Below are positions 19,409 through 36,692 of a stretch of DNA of 48,413 nt, in pieces (the first letter of the stretch is position 1; each line of letters starts with the position of its first letter). The DNA lies in NCBI GenBank assembly GCA_964247465.1, contig CAXTUT010000001.1:1-48413 (forward strand). The letters are read 5' to 3'. The stretch comes from an uncultured Caulobacteraceae bacterium. GTDB lineage: Bacteria > Pseudomonadota > Alphaproteobacteria > Caulobacterales > Caulobacteraceae. A program made the translations under genes and the position numbers. A model generated the notes under the pieces. It saw only the letters and a list, made by a program, of their open reading frames with translations, did no database searches and was not told the DNA's origin.

Positions 19409-22039
19409 TCAGGCGGGCGGCGGCTCAGCTTGCGACGTCAGCTCCCATAAGGCGATAGGTCCGCTCCGGAAGAGCGATGTGAAGGCGACGACCGGCGCGA
19501 TCGAGGTCGCCTGACCCGAAAGAACGTCGACGGCCGTAGCCAAGCGCAGATCGACGGGCAGCTTCACGCTGCGATCGCCGCACCAGTCCTGCGACAGCGA
19601 CAGGTCGACGGACGTGACGGCCTCGCCCGCGTGCAATGCGGCGGCGACGAGCACAGCGCTCCCGCCGCACGACCGGACAAATGCGATGACCTCGCCGGGC
19701 CCAGCCCCGACGGTATCGAGCGGCTGGTAGGCCCCTTCGGCGAAGACCTCAGGCTGTCTGCGGCGCAGATTGAGAGCGAGCGCGATCAGCCGCTGCTTGA
19801 TCCGCCCGTCCCGCCAGCTTCGCCATAGCGTCGACACGTCTGCGCCATCGTGCATAGCCGTACGTCTTGCGTCGAAGTCCACCGGACGACGGTTGTCGGG
19901 ATCGACTAGGCTCAGGTCCCAGAACTCGGCGCCCTGGTAGAGATCTGGAACGCCGGGCGAAGTGCACCGCAGAAGAGCCTGCGCCAGCCCGTTGACCGCG
20001 CCTGCGGGAGCGATCTCGCCGGCGAAGCCGGCGATGTCGACTAGAAGGCCGCGGGAGCGCACGGGATCGAGCGCATCCTTCAGGAAAGCCGCGCACCTGG
20101 CCTCGTAGTCTTCATCCGGCGCCCCCCAGGAGGAGCGCAGCTTGGCCTCGCGAAGCGCCTTGCGCCACCAGCCCATCACCCGTTCGCCAAACGCGGCCAG
20201 ACCCGCGCCATCACTGGCCTCCAGGGTCGTCGGCCACGCGCCGACTAGGGTCTGGTAAAGTGAATAGAGGTCGGCGGCATCAATCCCGACCGCCGAGGTG
20301 GCGTTCACTGCGTTCCAGCGCTCGACCCGCTCGGCCCATCGCTCAGGGCGCTCGCTGATCACCGCCAACCGCGCGCGCACGTCCTCGCCGCGTTTATGGT
20401 CGTGGGTGGCGGTCGCGAGCATGGCGTGGGGGAAGCGCGTCATGCGTTCGGCGTTGGCGGCGTGCATCTGCACGACGCTGCCCGCCAGCCGACCTGGATC
20501 GGAGCCTACGTCGTTGCGCGACAGCAGCCGGCCGTAGCGATAGAAGGCGGTGTCTTCCACCGCCTTGGCGGCGACGGGGGCGCTGAGCTGCTGGAAACGG
20601 CGCACCGCTTCGCGCCGCAGCTCTAGCTCGCCCGGCCCCTTCCCGGCGAGCCAGGCGGCGATTCGATCCAGGATGTACGCCTCTCCAGGCGCGACGAAGG
20701 GCGAGGCCTGCTCCAGCGCACGCGCGAGCAGCGGCGCGTCCGACGCGGGCGCCGCGTCGCCGGTCCCGTACGTCCGATAGGCGGGAAAGACGCTGAGCAG
20801 GACCGTCAGACCGCGTCTAAGGATTCCCGCGGTGACGTCGCGCGTCTGGAGATCGGAGCGCGCCACCCGGTGGAAGGCGGCGACCGCCGCCTCCAGCTGG
20901 CCCGAGAAGGATCGTTGCAGGGTCTCCAGGCGGGCTTGCCGCTCCTCGTCCTCAAAGACCGGCGACCGTCCGCTGATCCTGCTCCAACAAGCGGTAAGCG
21001 CCGCCTCTCCCGCCGGGTCATGCAGCAGGGCGGCAGCCTCGTTCATGTAGTCGTAGCCGGTCGTGCCGTCCGTCAGCCAGTCCGTCGACAGCCGCTCGCC
21101 CTGCGCCAGGATCTTCTCGATCACCAGGTAGGCGGGACCGGGATTGGAGTTCGCGGGACGCAGCGCCTCCGCCTTGTAGAGGACGGACCGCAGGCGACGG
21201 CAGTAGTCCGCCGGGTCGGCCAGACCGTCCACATGGTCCACCCTCACGCCGTCGATCAGCCCTTCCGTGTAAAGACGGAGCAGCAGGGCGTGGATGAGGT
21301 CGAAGACCTCCCGTCGCTCCACGCGCACGCCGGCGAGCTCGGTGATGTCGAAGAAGCGGCGCCAGTTGATCTCATCCCCCGCCGTCTTCCACCCGGCGAG
21401 GCGATAGGACTGCGCTTCGAGCAAGGCGTGGAGGCGGACGCGGCCCGCCGGGTCGGCAGGGTCGAAGCACGGATGCGGGTCTTCGTCCGCGCCGAGCACG
21501 CCCTGGTCCTGCGGGCGAAGCGGAAAACAGTGGGCGCCGTAGGCCCATACGCTCAGTTCGCCCGTGTCGGCGTCACGCCGCAGGCGAAGGTCACCGCCCG
21601 CCAGCGCTTCGCCGTAGGCGCGCCCAAGGAACGGCGCCAGCACTTTGGCGTCCAAGGCGGCGTCTGCAGGCGCCCAGTCTATGTCGAACATCTGCGCGGA
21701 GGCGCTGTCTTGGCCATGCTTGAGCACGTCCAGCCACCAGCGGTTGTCGGCCTGTCCCACCGCCATGTGGTTGGGCACGATGTCCAGGATGACGCCCAGG
21801 CCGTGCGCCTTGAGAGCCACCGCCAAGGCCTGGAAGCCCTCCTCGCCTCCGAGTTCGGGATTGATGCGCGTCGGGTCGATCTGGTCGTAACCATGCGTCG
21901 AGCCCGAGCGCGCCATGCCGATAGGCGAGGCGTAGACGTGGCTGACGCCCAGCGCCGCCAGGTAAGGCGCCAGAGGGGCGGCGTCGGCGAAGGTGAAGCC
22001 TTTATGGAACTGCAGGCGGTAGGTGGCGCGCGGGATCAT
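19409..22039 (-). CDS. treY: Malto-oligosyltrehalose synthase
   Basis: MIPRATYRLQF, GSTHGYD, DIVPNHM, GVRVDHVDGLADP, ATHDHKRGEDVRAR, SLVDPDNRRPVD; start re-called to ATG 22039 (ATGA overlap with malQ). Confidence 0.96.
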   Translation of the reverse strand: MIPRATYRLQFHKGFTFADAAPLAPYLAALGVSHVYASPIGMARSGSTHGYDQIDPTRINPELGGEEGFQALAVALKAHGLGVILDIVPNHMAVGQADNRWWLDVLKHGQDSASAQMFDIDWAPADAALDAKVLAPFLGRAYGEALAGGDLRLRRDADTGELSVWAYGAHCFPLRPQDQGVLGADEDPHPCFDPADPAGRVRLHALLEAQSYRLAGWKTAGDEINWRRFFDITELAGVRVERREVFDLIHALLLRLYTEGLIDGVRVDHVDGLADPADYCRRLRSVLYKAEALRPANSNPGPAYLVIEKILAQGERLSTDWLTDGTTGYDYMNEAAALLHDPAGEAALTACWSRISGRSPVFEDEERQARLETLQRSFSGQLEAAVAAFHRVARSDLQTRDVTAGILRRGLTVLLSVFPAYRTYGTGDAAPASDAPLLARALEQASPFVAPGEAYILDRIAAWLAGKGPGELELRREAVRRFQQLSAPVAAKAVEDTAFYRYGRLLSRNDVGSDPGRLAGSVVQMHAANAERMTRFPHAMLATATHDHKRGEDVRARLAVISERPERWAERVERWNAVNATSAVGIDAADLYSLYQTLVGAWPTTLEASDGAGLAAFGERVMGWWRKALREAKLRSSWGAPDEDYEARCAAFLKDALDPVRSRGLLVDIAGFAGEIAPAGAVNGLAQALLRCTSPGVPDLYQGAEFWDLSLVDPDNRRPVDFDARRTAMHDGADVSTLWRSWRDGRIKQRLIALALNLRRRQPEVFAEGAYQPLDTVGAGPGEVIAFVRSCGGSAVLVAAALHAGEAVTSVDLSLSQDWCGDRSVKLPVDLRLATAVDVLSGQATSIAPVVAFTSLFRSGPIALWELTSQAEPPPA

Positions 22040-24075
22040 GGCTCCGGGTCGCTCCGGGGGCGTTCCTGCCGCAGGACGTCGAGCCGGGCGGCCACGCTTG
22101 GCTCGGCCAGCAGCGGATCGGGCGACGCGGCCAGGCGGCGGCGCCAGTTGGGATGCTCGTCGAGGGTGCCCGGCAGATTGGGCTGCTCCACCAGCCCCAG
22201 GATGTCCTCCAGCGGCACCATGGCGAGCCGACAGGCGCTGCGAGCCACGTAGTCCACCGCTGCGGCCACGACAACGGCCGGCTCGCCCGGCGAGGGCTGC
22301 GGCCCGTGGGCCACGCCCGCCGTCTCGCAGGCGCGCCACAGCCGCTCCCGGTCCCGTGCGCGTGCGCCGCGTTCGCTGGCCACGTCGGCATGGCCGCCTT
22401 TCCGCTCAAGCTTTTCCATCCAGTCGATGTCGCGTTCGCGCCACCAGCCGGCGACCGTGGGCAGGTCGTGGGTGCCGGTCATGGCCATGGCGTCCTCGCT
22501 CCAGGCTTGCGGAGGCGTGAAGCCGGCCTTGTCGCGCTCGAACCAGAGCACGCGCATGCCCGCCATCCCCGCCGCCGTGCTCGCTTCGCGAAAGCCGGGC
22601 GGCACGGTGCCGAGGTCCTCGCCAACCACGATCGCTCGCGTCCGCACCGACTCCAGCGCGATCAGGCGCAGCATGTCCTGCAGCGGGTAGTCCAGGTAGG
22701 CGCCCTCGGCGGGGCTGGCGCCGTGCGGCGTGAGCCACAGGCGGCGCAGGCCCATGGCGTGATCGATCCGAACGCCGCCCGTGTGCCGCATAGCGGCGCG
22801 CAAGGTGGCCAGGAAGGGAGCGTAGCCGCTCTTGCGCAACGCTCGCGGGGAGAAGGCGGCCAGGCCCCAGTCCTGGCCTGCGGGCTGGAAGAGGTCCGGC
22901 GGCGCGCCGACGCTCAGCCCCGTCAACAGATCGTCAGGCCGGCTCCAGGCGTGGCTGCCGCCCCCGTCCATGCCGACAGCAAGGTCGGCGATCAGCCCGA
23001 CGGCCATGCCGGCCGCCTTGGCCTCGGCCTGCGCCCGCTGCAGGCCCCGCGCGGCCAGCCACTGGAGGAAGACGTGGAAGTCGATCTCGCCGGCTGCCTC
23101 GCGGGCGAACGCCGCCACCCCAGCGCTGTCCGCGTCGTGGAAGGCGGCCGGCCAATCCTGCCATCCGCGCGCGCCGCTCTCTTCGTGGAAGCGGGCGTGC
23201 AGGGCCTCGAAGCGGGCGTGGCGCTCCAGATCCTCGCCGCCTTCGCGCCGGAAACGCTCTAGATCGTCCCGCTCCACCTGGGACCCTGCGGCCTCGAAGC
23301 GATCGAACAGAGCCCGCAGACGCTTGATCTTCGCCAAGCCCGCCTGCGGCCAATCAATCAGGTCGCCGCCCCGCTCGCCGTGCGGCGCGTCGGGCTCCAG
23401 CACGGACGGATCGGCGAACAGGACGTTGAGGAACAAGCGCGTGGATGGCGCGTAAGGGCCGAAGCGGCCAGGGTCGGCGGCGAACAGGGCGTGGATCGGG
23501 CTGATGGCGAGCGCGTCTGCGCCGCGGCGGCCAAGCGCACGCGCCCAGTCGGCGAGGGCGCCGAACTCGCCGAACGGCTCGACCCGTCGCCCGCGCAGGC
23601 TGTAGAGCTGCGCCGCGACGCCCCACGCGCGACGTTCCGGCGCAGCATCGGCCATGGTGAAGCCTCTCGGCGGAGCCACCGCCAGCGTCAGCGTCGTGTC
23701 GCCGGCGTCGAGCCGGTGGTATCCGGGCTCGCTTGGCGCCCTCATGCGGCGGCTCGATCCAACGGCGGAGGTTCGGGGCTCGCTCTTCGCGCCTGTCTCC
23801 AGGGTCAGGCGGATGGCCCCGCGCTCCGGAAGGTCCAGGTCCACCCAGTCTCCCGCCGTGGCGGTCAGAAAGCTTGCGCCTGCGCGGCGATCGTCCTGCG
23901 CCAGCCGTCTACGGCTTTCAGCCACGTCGTCGCGTGTGCCGCACGCCACGCCCATGGCGGTCAGGATGGCGCGCAGACTGTCTGGCGCGACGGTCTTAGG
24001 CGCGCCGGCCGCGTCCTCCCATTGGACCTGGAGCCCCGCGGCGCAGGCGAGATCGTGCAGGGCTGGGTCGCTCAT
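22036..24075 (-). CDS. malQ: 4-alpha-glucanotransferase (amylomaltase, GH77)
   Basis: WGVAAQLYSLR, ADLAVG, GAPPD, GVRIDHAMGL, GEDLGTVP, THDLPT, NLPGT. Confidence 0.96.
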   Translation of the reverse strand: MSDPALHDLACAAGLQVQWEDAAGAPKTVAPDSLRAILTAMGVACGTRDDVAESRRRLAQDDRRAGASFLTATAGDWVDLDLPERGAIRLTLETGAKSEPRTSAVGSSRRMRAPSEPGYHRLDAGDTTLTLAVAPPRGFTMADAAPERRAWGVAAQLYSLRGRRVEPFGEFGALADWARALGRRGADALAISPIHALFAADPGRFGPYAPSTRLFLNVLFADPSVLEPDAPHGERGGDLIDWPQAGLAKIKRLRALFDRFEAAGSQVERDDLERFRREGGEDLERHARFEALHARFHEESGARGWQDWPAAFHDADSAGVAAFAREAAGEIDFHVFLQWLAARGLQRAQAEAKAAGMAVGLIADLAVGMDGGGSHAWSRPDDLLTGLSVGAPPDLFQPAGQDWGLAAFSPRALRKSGYAPFLATLRAAMRHTGGVRIDHAMGLRRLWLTPHGASPAEGAYLDYPLQDMLRLIALESVRTRAIVVGEDLGTVPPGFREASTAAGMAGMRVLWFERDKAGFTPPQAWSEDAMAMTGTHDLPTVAGWWRERDIDWMEKLERKGGHADVASERGARARDRERLWRACETAGVAHGPQPSPGEPAVVVAAAVDYVARSACRLAMVPLEDILGLVEQPNLPGTLDEHPNWRRRLAASPDPLLAEPSVAARLDVLRQERPRSDPEP

Positions 24076-25810
24076 CGGGCAGGCTCAAGCCAGGCGGTGA
24101 GGCTTCGCCCTGGTGCGCGCGCGCCCGTATCCAGCCCATAGATGGGCTGCCCTACGGGTCGCTGCGTCAGCCGGACATCGTCGGCGCCGAGGTTGAGCAC
24201 CAGGGTCAGCAGGGCGCCATCCCCCATCCGCCAGCGGGCCAGGACCGCCGCGTCCCCGCTCGCTTCGGCTCCATCGCCGTAAGCGCCGTCCAGGCGTGGC
24301 GTCACCTGCTCATGCCGCAGCGCCAGAACTTCAGTGTAGAACCGCCGCCAATCCGCCGCGTCTTCGCCCGGCTGCGGCTTGGAGCGCTCAAAGCTTTCAG
24401 GCGCGTTCGGGTCGGGGATGCGCGCGCGTGCGTCGGGGTCGCTGAACTGTGGGAACTTGGCGAACTCCTTGCGCCGTCCCTCCCGCACCGCGTCGGCGAG
24501 GGCGTCGTGGAAGTCGGTGAAGAACAGGAACGGCGAGCGTGAGCCCTCCTCCTCGCCCATGAACAGCATCGGGACCTGGGGGCAGAGCAGCATCATGGCG
24601 GTCGCCGCACGCAGCGCCTGCGGATGGGTTAGGTGGATCAGGCGCTCGCCCATGGCGCGGTTGCCGACCTGATCGTGGTTCTGGAGAAAGCTGACGAAAG
24701 CGGTGGGCGCTAGGTCGCCGCTCGGCTGGCCGCGGGGCCCGCCGTCGTGGTTGGGTGACGGCTCGCCCTGATAGATGAAACCTTGCGCCAGGCACCGCGC
24801 CAGCTTCTCGGCCGGCTGCTCGGCAAAATCCTGGTAGTAGGCGCCGGTCTCCCCGGTCAGCAGCACGTGCATGACGTTGTGGAAGTCGTCGTTCCACTGG
24901 GCGTCGAACGGGCCGCGCAGATGACCGGCGTCGTTGTGCTCGTTCTCCAGCACGAGGTGGACGTGACGGTCCGGACCGGCCGCCGCGCGCACCGCCTGCG
25001 CCATCTGCGTCAGCCAGGGCTGCTCGCTGATGGCGTGGACCGCGTCGAAGCGCAGGCCGTCGAAACGATATTCGTTGATCCAGTACAGGGCGTTCTTCGC
25101 AAAGTAGTCGCTGACTTCGGCCCGGCGGAAGTCGATCGCGCCGCCCCAGGGGGTGTGCAGGTCCTCGCGAAACGTCTGCGGCGCGTAGGCGTGGACGTAG
25201 GCGCCGTCCGGCCCGAAGTGGTTGTAGACCACGTCCAGGAAGATCATCAGTCCAAGCTCGTGCGCCCGGTCGACGAGCGCCTTGAGCGCGTCCGGCGAAC
25301 CGTAGGCGCGGTCGGGCGCGTAGGGCAGCACGCCGTCATAGCCCCAGTTCCGCGCGCCGGAGAAGTCGGCGATGGGCATCAGCTCGACAGCCGTGACGCC
25401 CAGGGCCTTGAGAGCCGGCAGCCGCTCGGCGACGCCGGCGAAGCCGCCAAGGACGCCGGCGTGAACTTCATAGAGCACCGTCTCGCGCCACGGCCGTCCC
25501 TTCCATTCGGGCGTGCGCCAGGCGTAGGCGTGCGGATCGACCACGAGGCTGAAGCCGTGGACGTCGTCGGCCTGCGCGCGTGCGGCCGGATCGGGGACGG
25601 CGAGGTCGCCGAAGACATAGCGATAGCGCGCGCCGGCCTCACAGTCGGCTTCCGCCTCGAACCAGCCGTCGTTTACGCGGCGCAGGGGCGTGCGCGGCCT
25701 GCCCTCGATCTCCAGCTCGCCTTGGTCCTTGGCCGGCGCCCAGATGCGGAAGCGCGCGCGACCCTCCTCGAGCAGGGTCGCTCCGAACCCGAGATCGACG
25801 GCGAACCCGC

Positions 25811-25814
<4 letters not shown>
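24072..25814 (-). CDS. treZ: Malto-oligosyltrehalose trehalohydrolase
   Basis: RNWGYDGV, DVVYNHFGPDG, GLRFDAVHAI, QNHDQVGNRA. Confidence 0.96.
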
Positions 25815-27933
<2,119 letters not shown>

Positions 27934-27937
<4 letters not shown>

Positions 27938-30125
27938 ACCGCGTCCCCCTCAGGCTTCAAGACGATCATGGCGAGCGGTGGCAGCGCCAGCTCCAGAGAG
28001 CAGGGCTGTCCGTGAGCGTCTTGGCGAGCCGCATCAACATGGCCTCCCGCGCCGAAGTTCCCGCCGCCGTAGATCGCCGCGTCCGAGTTCAGGACCTCGC
28101 GCCACCGTCCGCCTTGCGGAACGCCTACCCGGTAGCCGTAGTGCGGCTCAGGCGTAGCGTTCAGCGCGCAGAGCAGCGGAGCGCATCCGGGCGCCTTTCG
28201 AAGGAAGACGAAGACGCTGTTGGTTGCGTCGTCGCCGACGATCCACTCGAACCCTTCAGCTTTCGCATCGAGGCGGTGCAGCGCCGGTTCCGCGGTGTAG
28301 AGCCGGTTGAGGTCGCGCACCAGACGCTGCAGACCCGCATGGTCGGGCTGGTCCAGCAGGCTCCAATCCAGTTCGCCGTCGTGGTTCCACTCCGACCACT
28401 GGCCGAGTTCCCCACCCATGAACAGCAGCTTCTTGCCCGGATGGGTCCACATGAAACCCAGATAGCTTCGCAGGTTGGCGAGCTTGCGCCAAGCGTCGCC
28501 CGGCATCTTGCCGATCAGAGATCCCTTACCGTGCACGACCTCGTCGTGGGACAAGGGGAGTACGAACGTCTCTGAGAAGGCGTAAACCAGCCCGAAGGTC
28601 ATCTGGTTGTGCGACCATGCGCGATAGATCGGGTCCTGCTCGACGTAGTGAAGCGTATCGTGCATCCACCCCATGTTCCACTTGTAGTCGAAGCCCAGGC
28701 CGCCTTCGGCGACCGGAGCGGTGACGCCTGGCCAAGCTGTGGATTCCTCGGCGAGGGTAATCGCGCCAGGGGCGTAGTCCGCGACGATGGTGTTCAGCCG
28801 CTTGAGGAACCCCACCGACTCCAGGTTCTCACGGCCACCATGGACGTTGGGCACCCACTCGCCGGCCTTTCGGCTGTAGTCGCGGTAGAGCATCGAGGCC
28901 ACGGCGTCCACGCGCAGGCCATCCACGTGAAAGGTGTTCAGCCACCAGAGCGCGCTCGAGATCAGGAAGCCCTGCACCTCGCGCCGGCCCAGGTTGTAGA
29001 TCAAGGTGTTCCAATCCTGATGGAAGCCCTCGCGCGGGTCGGCGTGCTCATAAAGAGCCGTGCCGTCGAAATGCGCCAGCCCGTGGATGTCGGTCGGAAA
29101 GTGCGCCGGCACCCAGTCCAGGATCACGCCCAGGCCCGCCTGGTGGCAGGCGTCCACGAACCGCGCAAAGCCCTCCGGCGGCCCGAGCCGCGAACTCGGC
29201 GCGAACTGGCCAAGCGGCTGGTAGCCCCAGGAGCCACCGAACGGATGCTCCATGATCGGCATCAATTCCAAGTGGGTGAAGCCCAGGTCCACCACGTAGG
29301 GGATGAGCCGCTCGCCCAGTGCGTTCCAGTCGAGCACGCCCGTGGGATCGCCTTCCGGTCGCAGCCATGACGAGGCGTGCGCCTCATAGATGCTGACCGG
29401 CGCGTCGGAGGCCTGCCGGGCGGCGCGCTGCGCCATCCACTCCGCGTCGCGCCAAGCGTGCGCAAGGGGGGCGGCGACGATGGACGCAGTGGCGGGCGGG
29501 GTCTCGGCGGCGCGCGCGAGGGGATCGGCGCGCTGGGTGACGCCGCCGTCCGCGCCGACGACCTCGAACTTGTACCGCTCTCCCGCCCGCAGGCGGGGCA
29601 CGAACAGCTCCCACACCCCCGCCTCGACGCGCAGGCGCATGGGATGGCGACGGCCGTCCCAGACGTTAAACTCGCCGATCACCGATACCCTACGCGCGTT
29701 GGGCGCCCAGACCGAGAAGGCGACGCCAGCGACCCCGTCGATCTCGCGCGGCTGGGCGCCGAACCGCTCCGCCAGCTTCCAGTGCGCGCCTTCGGAGAAG
29801 AGGTGCAAATCCAGTTCGCCCAGCACCAGGCCGAAACTGTAGGGATCCTCGCTCTCCTGCACGGCTGAGCCCCAGTCGATCTGCAGCCTGTAGGGGAGCG
29901 CCGCGTCGAGCCGGCCCACGAACAGTCCGGTGGCCCCTGCGGGCTCCAGATCGGCCAGGCGGCGGCCGTCGGCCTGGGCGACGACGCGCACGCCTCGTGC
30001 GCCCGGCTGGAAGGTGCGCACCACCCTGCCCTCCTGGGTGTCGTGGGGACCCAGGAAGCCGAAGGGATCGGTCAGGCGGCCTTCCATCAGTTCGGCGGCC
30101 GCGGCGAGGGCCGGATCATAGGCGC

Positions 30126-30129
<4 letters not shown>
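27934..30129 (-). CDS. glgB: 1,4-alpha-glucan branching enzyme
   Basis: [46 protein letters not shown]. Confidence 0.97.
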
Positions 30130-33371
<3,242 letters not shown>

Positions 33372-33446
33372 GCGATCACTTCAGGACCTTGGCGGCGGGT
33401 CCGTGTTTCGAAGAGAAGAGGCCTGAAGGCCGGCGTTCGGAAGTCA

Positions 33447-36400
33447 TCACTGCGGCAAACGCACGGACCAGACGGCGTAGGGCTGGTCTGGACTGAGGCG
33501 CACGTGCTGGGGTGCGCCTGTCCAGGTGAAGCGCCGTTCCCAGATGAGGTCCTCCACATCCACAGCGGCGTCATGGGCGAGTCGCCAGTCCTGCAGCGGC
33601 AGGTCGAAATGGGTTTCCTGCGCGTCGTGCGGGTCGAGGCTGACCGCGACCACGACCACGTCGTCCAGGCTCGCCGTCGCCTTGGCGTAGACGAGCACCT
33701 TGTCGTTCCAAGCCGGCAGGAAGGCGACGCCGAGGTGGGTCTGAAGCGCCGGATGACCCTTGCGGATACGGTTGAGCCGGCTGATCTCGGCTACGATGTC
33801 GGACGGCGCGCGCGCAGGCCGGGGCCTGATCTCGTACTTCTCGGAGTCGGCGTATTCCTCCTTGCCGGGCAGCGGCTCGGCTTCCAGCAGTTCGAAGCCG
33901 GAATACACCCCCCACAGTCCCGACAGCGTCGCGGCCAGCGCAGCGCGGATGAGAAAGCCGCCCCGGCCCGACCGCTGCAAGAAATAGGGATTGATGTCGG
34001 GCGTATTGACGAAGAAGTTCGGACGGAAGAACTCCTTGGGAGCCGTCTGTGTCAATTCCGTCATGTACTCGATGAACTCCCACTTCTCATGGCGCCAGGT
34101 GAAGTAGGTGTAGGACTGTGAGAACCCGATTTTGGACAGCCGGTACATCACCTTGGGCCGCGTAAAGGCCTCGGCCAGGAAGACGACATCGGGATGGGCG
34201 GCGCGGACTTCGCGGATCATCCATTCCCAGAAGGGCAACGGCTTGGTGTGCGGGTTGTCGACCCGAAACAGCCGCACCCCTTCGCCTACCCACAGCAGCA
34301 CGATGTCGCGCAGGGCCAGCCAGAGATCGGGGATCGCCTCGGGCTTGTAGAAGTCGACGTTGACGATGTCCTGGTACTTCTTGGGCGGATTCTCGGCGTA
34401 CTTGATGCTGCCGTCGGGGCGCCAATCGAACCAGTCGGGATGCTGCTTCAGCCAGGGATGGTCCGGCGAACATTGGATGGCGAAGTCCAGGGCGATCTCC
34501 AGCCCCTGTTCCGCCGCCGCCGTCACCAGGCGTCGAAAGTCCTCCAAGTCGCCCAACTCACAGTGGATGGCCTCGTGGCCGCCCTCCTGCGAGCCGATGG
34601 CGTAAGGGCTGCCGGGATCGTCCGGCGCTGGCGTCAGGCTGTTGTTGCGGCCCTTGCGGTTCTTGCGTCCGATGGGATGGATCGGCGGGAAGTAGAGCAC
34701 GTCGAAGCCCATGGCCCGCACCGCAGGCAGGCGAGCGATGACATCGTCGAAGGTCCCGTGGCGACCGGCGTCCGACGTCTGTGAACGCGGGAACAGCTCA
34801 TACCAACTGGCGAATCGCGCCTGCAGACGTTCGGCGTCGACGAACTGCGGCGGCGAGCGCAGGCGAAACGGACGATCGTCGGCGGCGCGCATCAGCGCAG
34901 CGACGTCGTCCTCAAGAAGGATGTCGCCGCATCGCTCGTCCGACTGCGCCTCGAACCGCGCCTGCAGCGCCTTCAGGGCGGCTTTCCGCTCGCCTGCACT
35001 GCGCTTGGCCGCGCGGCGAACGAGTTCGCAGCCCTCCTTCGTGTCGACTGACTGGGCCACGCCCGCCGCCCTCTTCTTGGCGTAGTCACGGCGAAAGCCG
35101 CCGTAGGCGTCGAGCCAGGCTTCCACGACGAACTCGTAGCGACCGAGGCGCTCCAGCGGGAAGCTCGCCTCCCATCGATCGTTCTCCAGCGCCCGCATGG
35201 AGACAGCGCGCCATCCCGGCTGATCGAGCGCGCGCCATTGCAGCTCTACGGCCAGCTGTTCATGGCCGTCGCCGAAGGCGTCCGCCTCCACGCAGACGGT
35301 TTCGCCCACGACGCGCCGGACAGGGTGGAGACCATCCTCCACGCTCGGCGACACGCCCTCCACGACCAGCCGCGGCGCCTGCGCGGCCGCGCAGGCCGCG
35401 GCGGTCCCGGGCGTGAGCGGGCGCTCGATGGGCGAGGAGCGTCGCGCCACGAGCAGGCGCACCTCCCCCGCCTCCATGTCGGCGAAGGGTTCGCCCCGCC
35501 CATCGGCGCGTGCGAAGTCCTCGAACTCAGCCCCGGCGCGCGCAAGCAGGCCGTCGTGCTGAACGCTGGCGGGTGACGCCGGATCGGGATTGATCAGGAT
35601 GAGCAGTGCTGCGCGCGCACGGCGTACATCGGGCGCATCGACGCGCAGCAGGACGGTGACGGCCGCGCCTTCGCCGGTCAGCAGGCGCATCTCCCCGTTG
35701 AAGGCGCACAGCTCCCGGCTGACCGCATTGGCGGAGCGCACCGTTTCCAGGATGTCGACGGATGGCGCAGACGGGTCATCGCCGCGGCCATGTCCTTCAA
35801 GCGCATCCCACAGGGTCGCGGACGCGAGCCATCTATCCGTGGCCGCCGTAAGGCTCAGCTGACGACCCCAGACCGTAGCATGGTCCGCCTGAGCGCCTGG
35901 TGTCGCCAGGTCCGCACTGGACGGCGGACCCAACTCCGCAATCAGGGGCGCCACGCCCCGAAGCGCCTCGTACTCCTCCACGAACCAGCGCGCGCGTCCG
36001 TCCCACCAGGTGAGGGAGGACGACACCGCGTCGAAGCCGCAGCCGTCCAGCGCCAGCACTGCGTCGCGCGAAGCCGTCTTCGTATCGGCGATGAAGACGA
36101 ACCCCGGCGCGTAGCGGCGCACCGCGTCGATGACGCCCTTCCAGACGGCCGCGGGCGCGGAACACGCCTGCAGCACGCGTACACCGTCCAGGCCCATGGA
36201 CGCCCAACGGACGATCTGCCCGCTCACATACGCGATCGCGGCGACAGCAGACTCGCCATCCAGCCGCACGCTGACGTCGCGGTCCTGACCGTGGGGCCAG
36301 CGAGGATCGGCTACGGCTTGCGCCACAGGATCGTCGTCGATGAACGCGTCGGGGTGCTCCGCAGCGAAGCGATGGAGCGAAATGTCCAGATAGAGCTGAA

Positions 36401-36590
36401 GCTGCGACGCCCTCGCCTGGTCCGCCAGTGACGCCACCGCCGTATCGGGATCGGCGGCCAGCGGAACCAGTACGGCGTCAAACCCCAGATCCCGGATCAG
36501 ACGGAACTGCGCGCCGCCCTCCCCCAAAGCGGGCGGCGGAACAGGGCAGATGCGTCTTGCCGCGGAAGGACGCGCAGCCTCCATGCTCAA
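33447..36590 (-). CDS. glgE: Alpha-1,4-glucan:maltose-1-phosphate maltosyltransferase, long form
   Basis: [54 protein letters not shown]; about 400 extra N-terminal residues. Confidence 0.95.
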   Translation of the reverse strand: MSMEAARPSAARRICPVPPPALGEGGAQFRLIRDLGFDAVLVPLAADPDTAVASLADQARASQLQLYLDISLHRFAAEHPDAFIDDDPVAQAVADPRWPHGQDRDVSVRLDGESAVAAIAYVSGQIVRWASMGLDGVRVLQACSAPAAVWKGVIDAVRRYAPGFVFIADTKTASRDAVLALDGCGFDAVSSSLTWWDGRARWFVEEYEALRGVAPLIAELGPPSSADLATPGAQADHATVWGRQLSLTAATDRWLASATLWDALEGHGRGDDPSAPSVDILETVRSANAVSRELCAFNGEMRLLTGEGAAVTVLLRVDAPDVRRARAALLILINPDPASPASVQHDGLLARAGAEFEDFARADGRGEPFADMEAGEVRLLVARRSSPIERPLTPGTAAACAAAQAPRLVVEGVSPSVEDGLHPVRRVVGETVCVEADAFGDGHEQLAVELQWRALDQPGWRAVSMRALENDRWEASFPLERLGRYEFVVEAWLDAYGGFRRDYAKKRAAGVAQSVDTKEGCELVRRAAKRSAGERKAALKALQARFEAQSDERCGDILLEDDVAALMRAADDRPFRLRSPPQFVDAERLQARFASWYELFPRSQTSDAGRHGTFDDVIARLPAVRAMGFDVLYFPPIHPIGRKNRKGRNNSLTPAPDDPGSPYAIGSQEGGHEAIHCELGDLEDFRRLVTAAAEQGLEIALDFAIQCSPDHPWLKQHPDWFDWRPDGSIKYAENPPKKYQDIVNVDFYKPEAIPDLWLALRDIVLLWVGEGVRLFRVDNPHTKPLPFWEWMIREVRAAHPDVVFLAEAFTRPKVMYRLSKIGFSQSYTYFTWRHEKWEFIEYMTELTQTAPKEFFRPNFFVNTPDINPYFLQRSGRGGFLIRAALAATLSGLWGVYSGFELLEAEPLPGKEEYADSEKYEIRPRPARAPSDIVAEISRLNRIRKGHPALQTHLGVAFLPAWNDKVLVYAKATASLDDVVVVAVSLDPHDAQETHFDLPLQDWRLAHDAAVDVEDLIWERRFTWTGAPQHVRLSPDQPYAVWSVRLPQ

Positions 36591-36650
36591 CCGTCCTCTC
36601 GATCTATGGCCCAGCCGCCCCGGCGCGCCATGCGGTGGCGACCGCGGCTC

Positions 36651-36676
36651 AACGATCCCGCCAGAACCTGCGTTCC
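36651..36676 (-). promoter_or_regulatory. EcfG/SigT-type general stress response promoter upstream of glgE
   Basis: Minus strand GGAAC-N17-CGTT, exact match to the established consensus, in the otsA-glgE intergenic region. Confidence 0.8.
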
Positions 36677-36692
36677 CGTCTCGCCGACGGCG

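Noticed and set aside
22040-22339. N-terminal extensions of ORF-track calls, here treY (also glmU, gph, rpiA, leuA, ilvE)
   Set aside because: They overlap neighbouring genes or leaders; family N-termini and stop/start overlaps give shorter starts.
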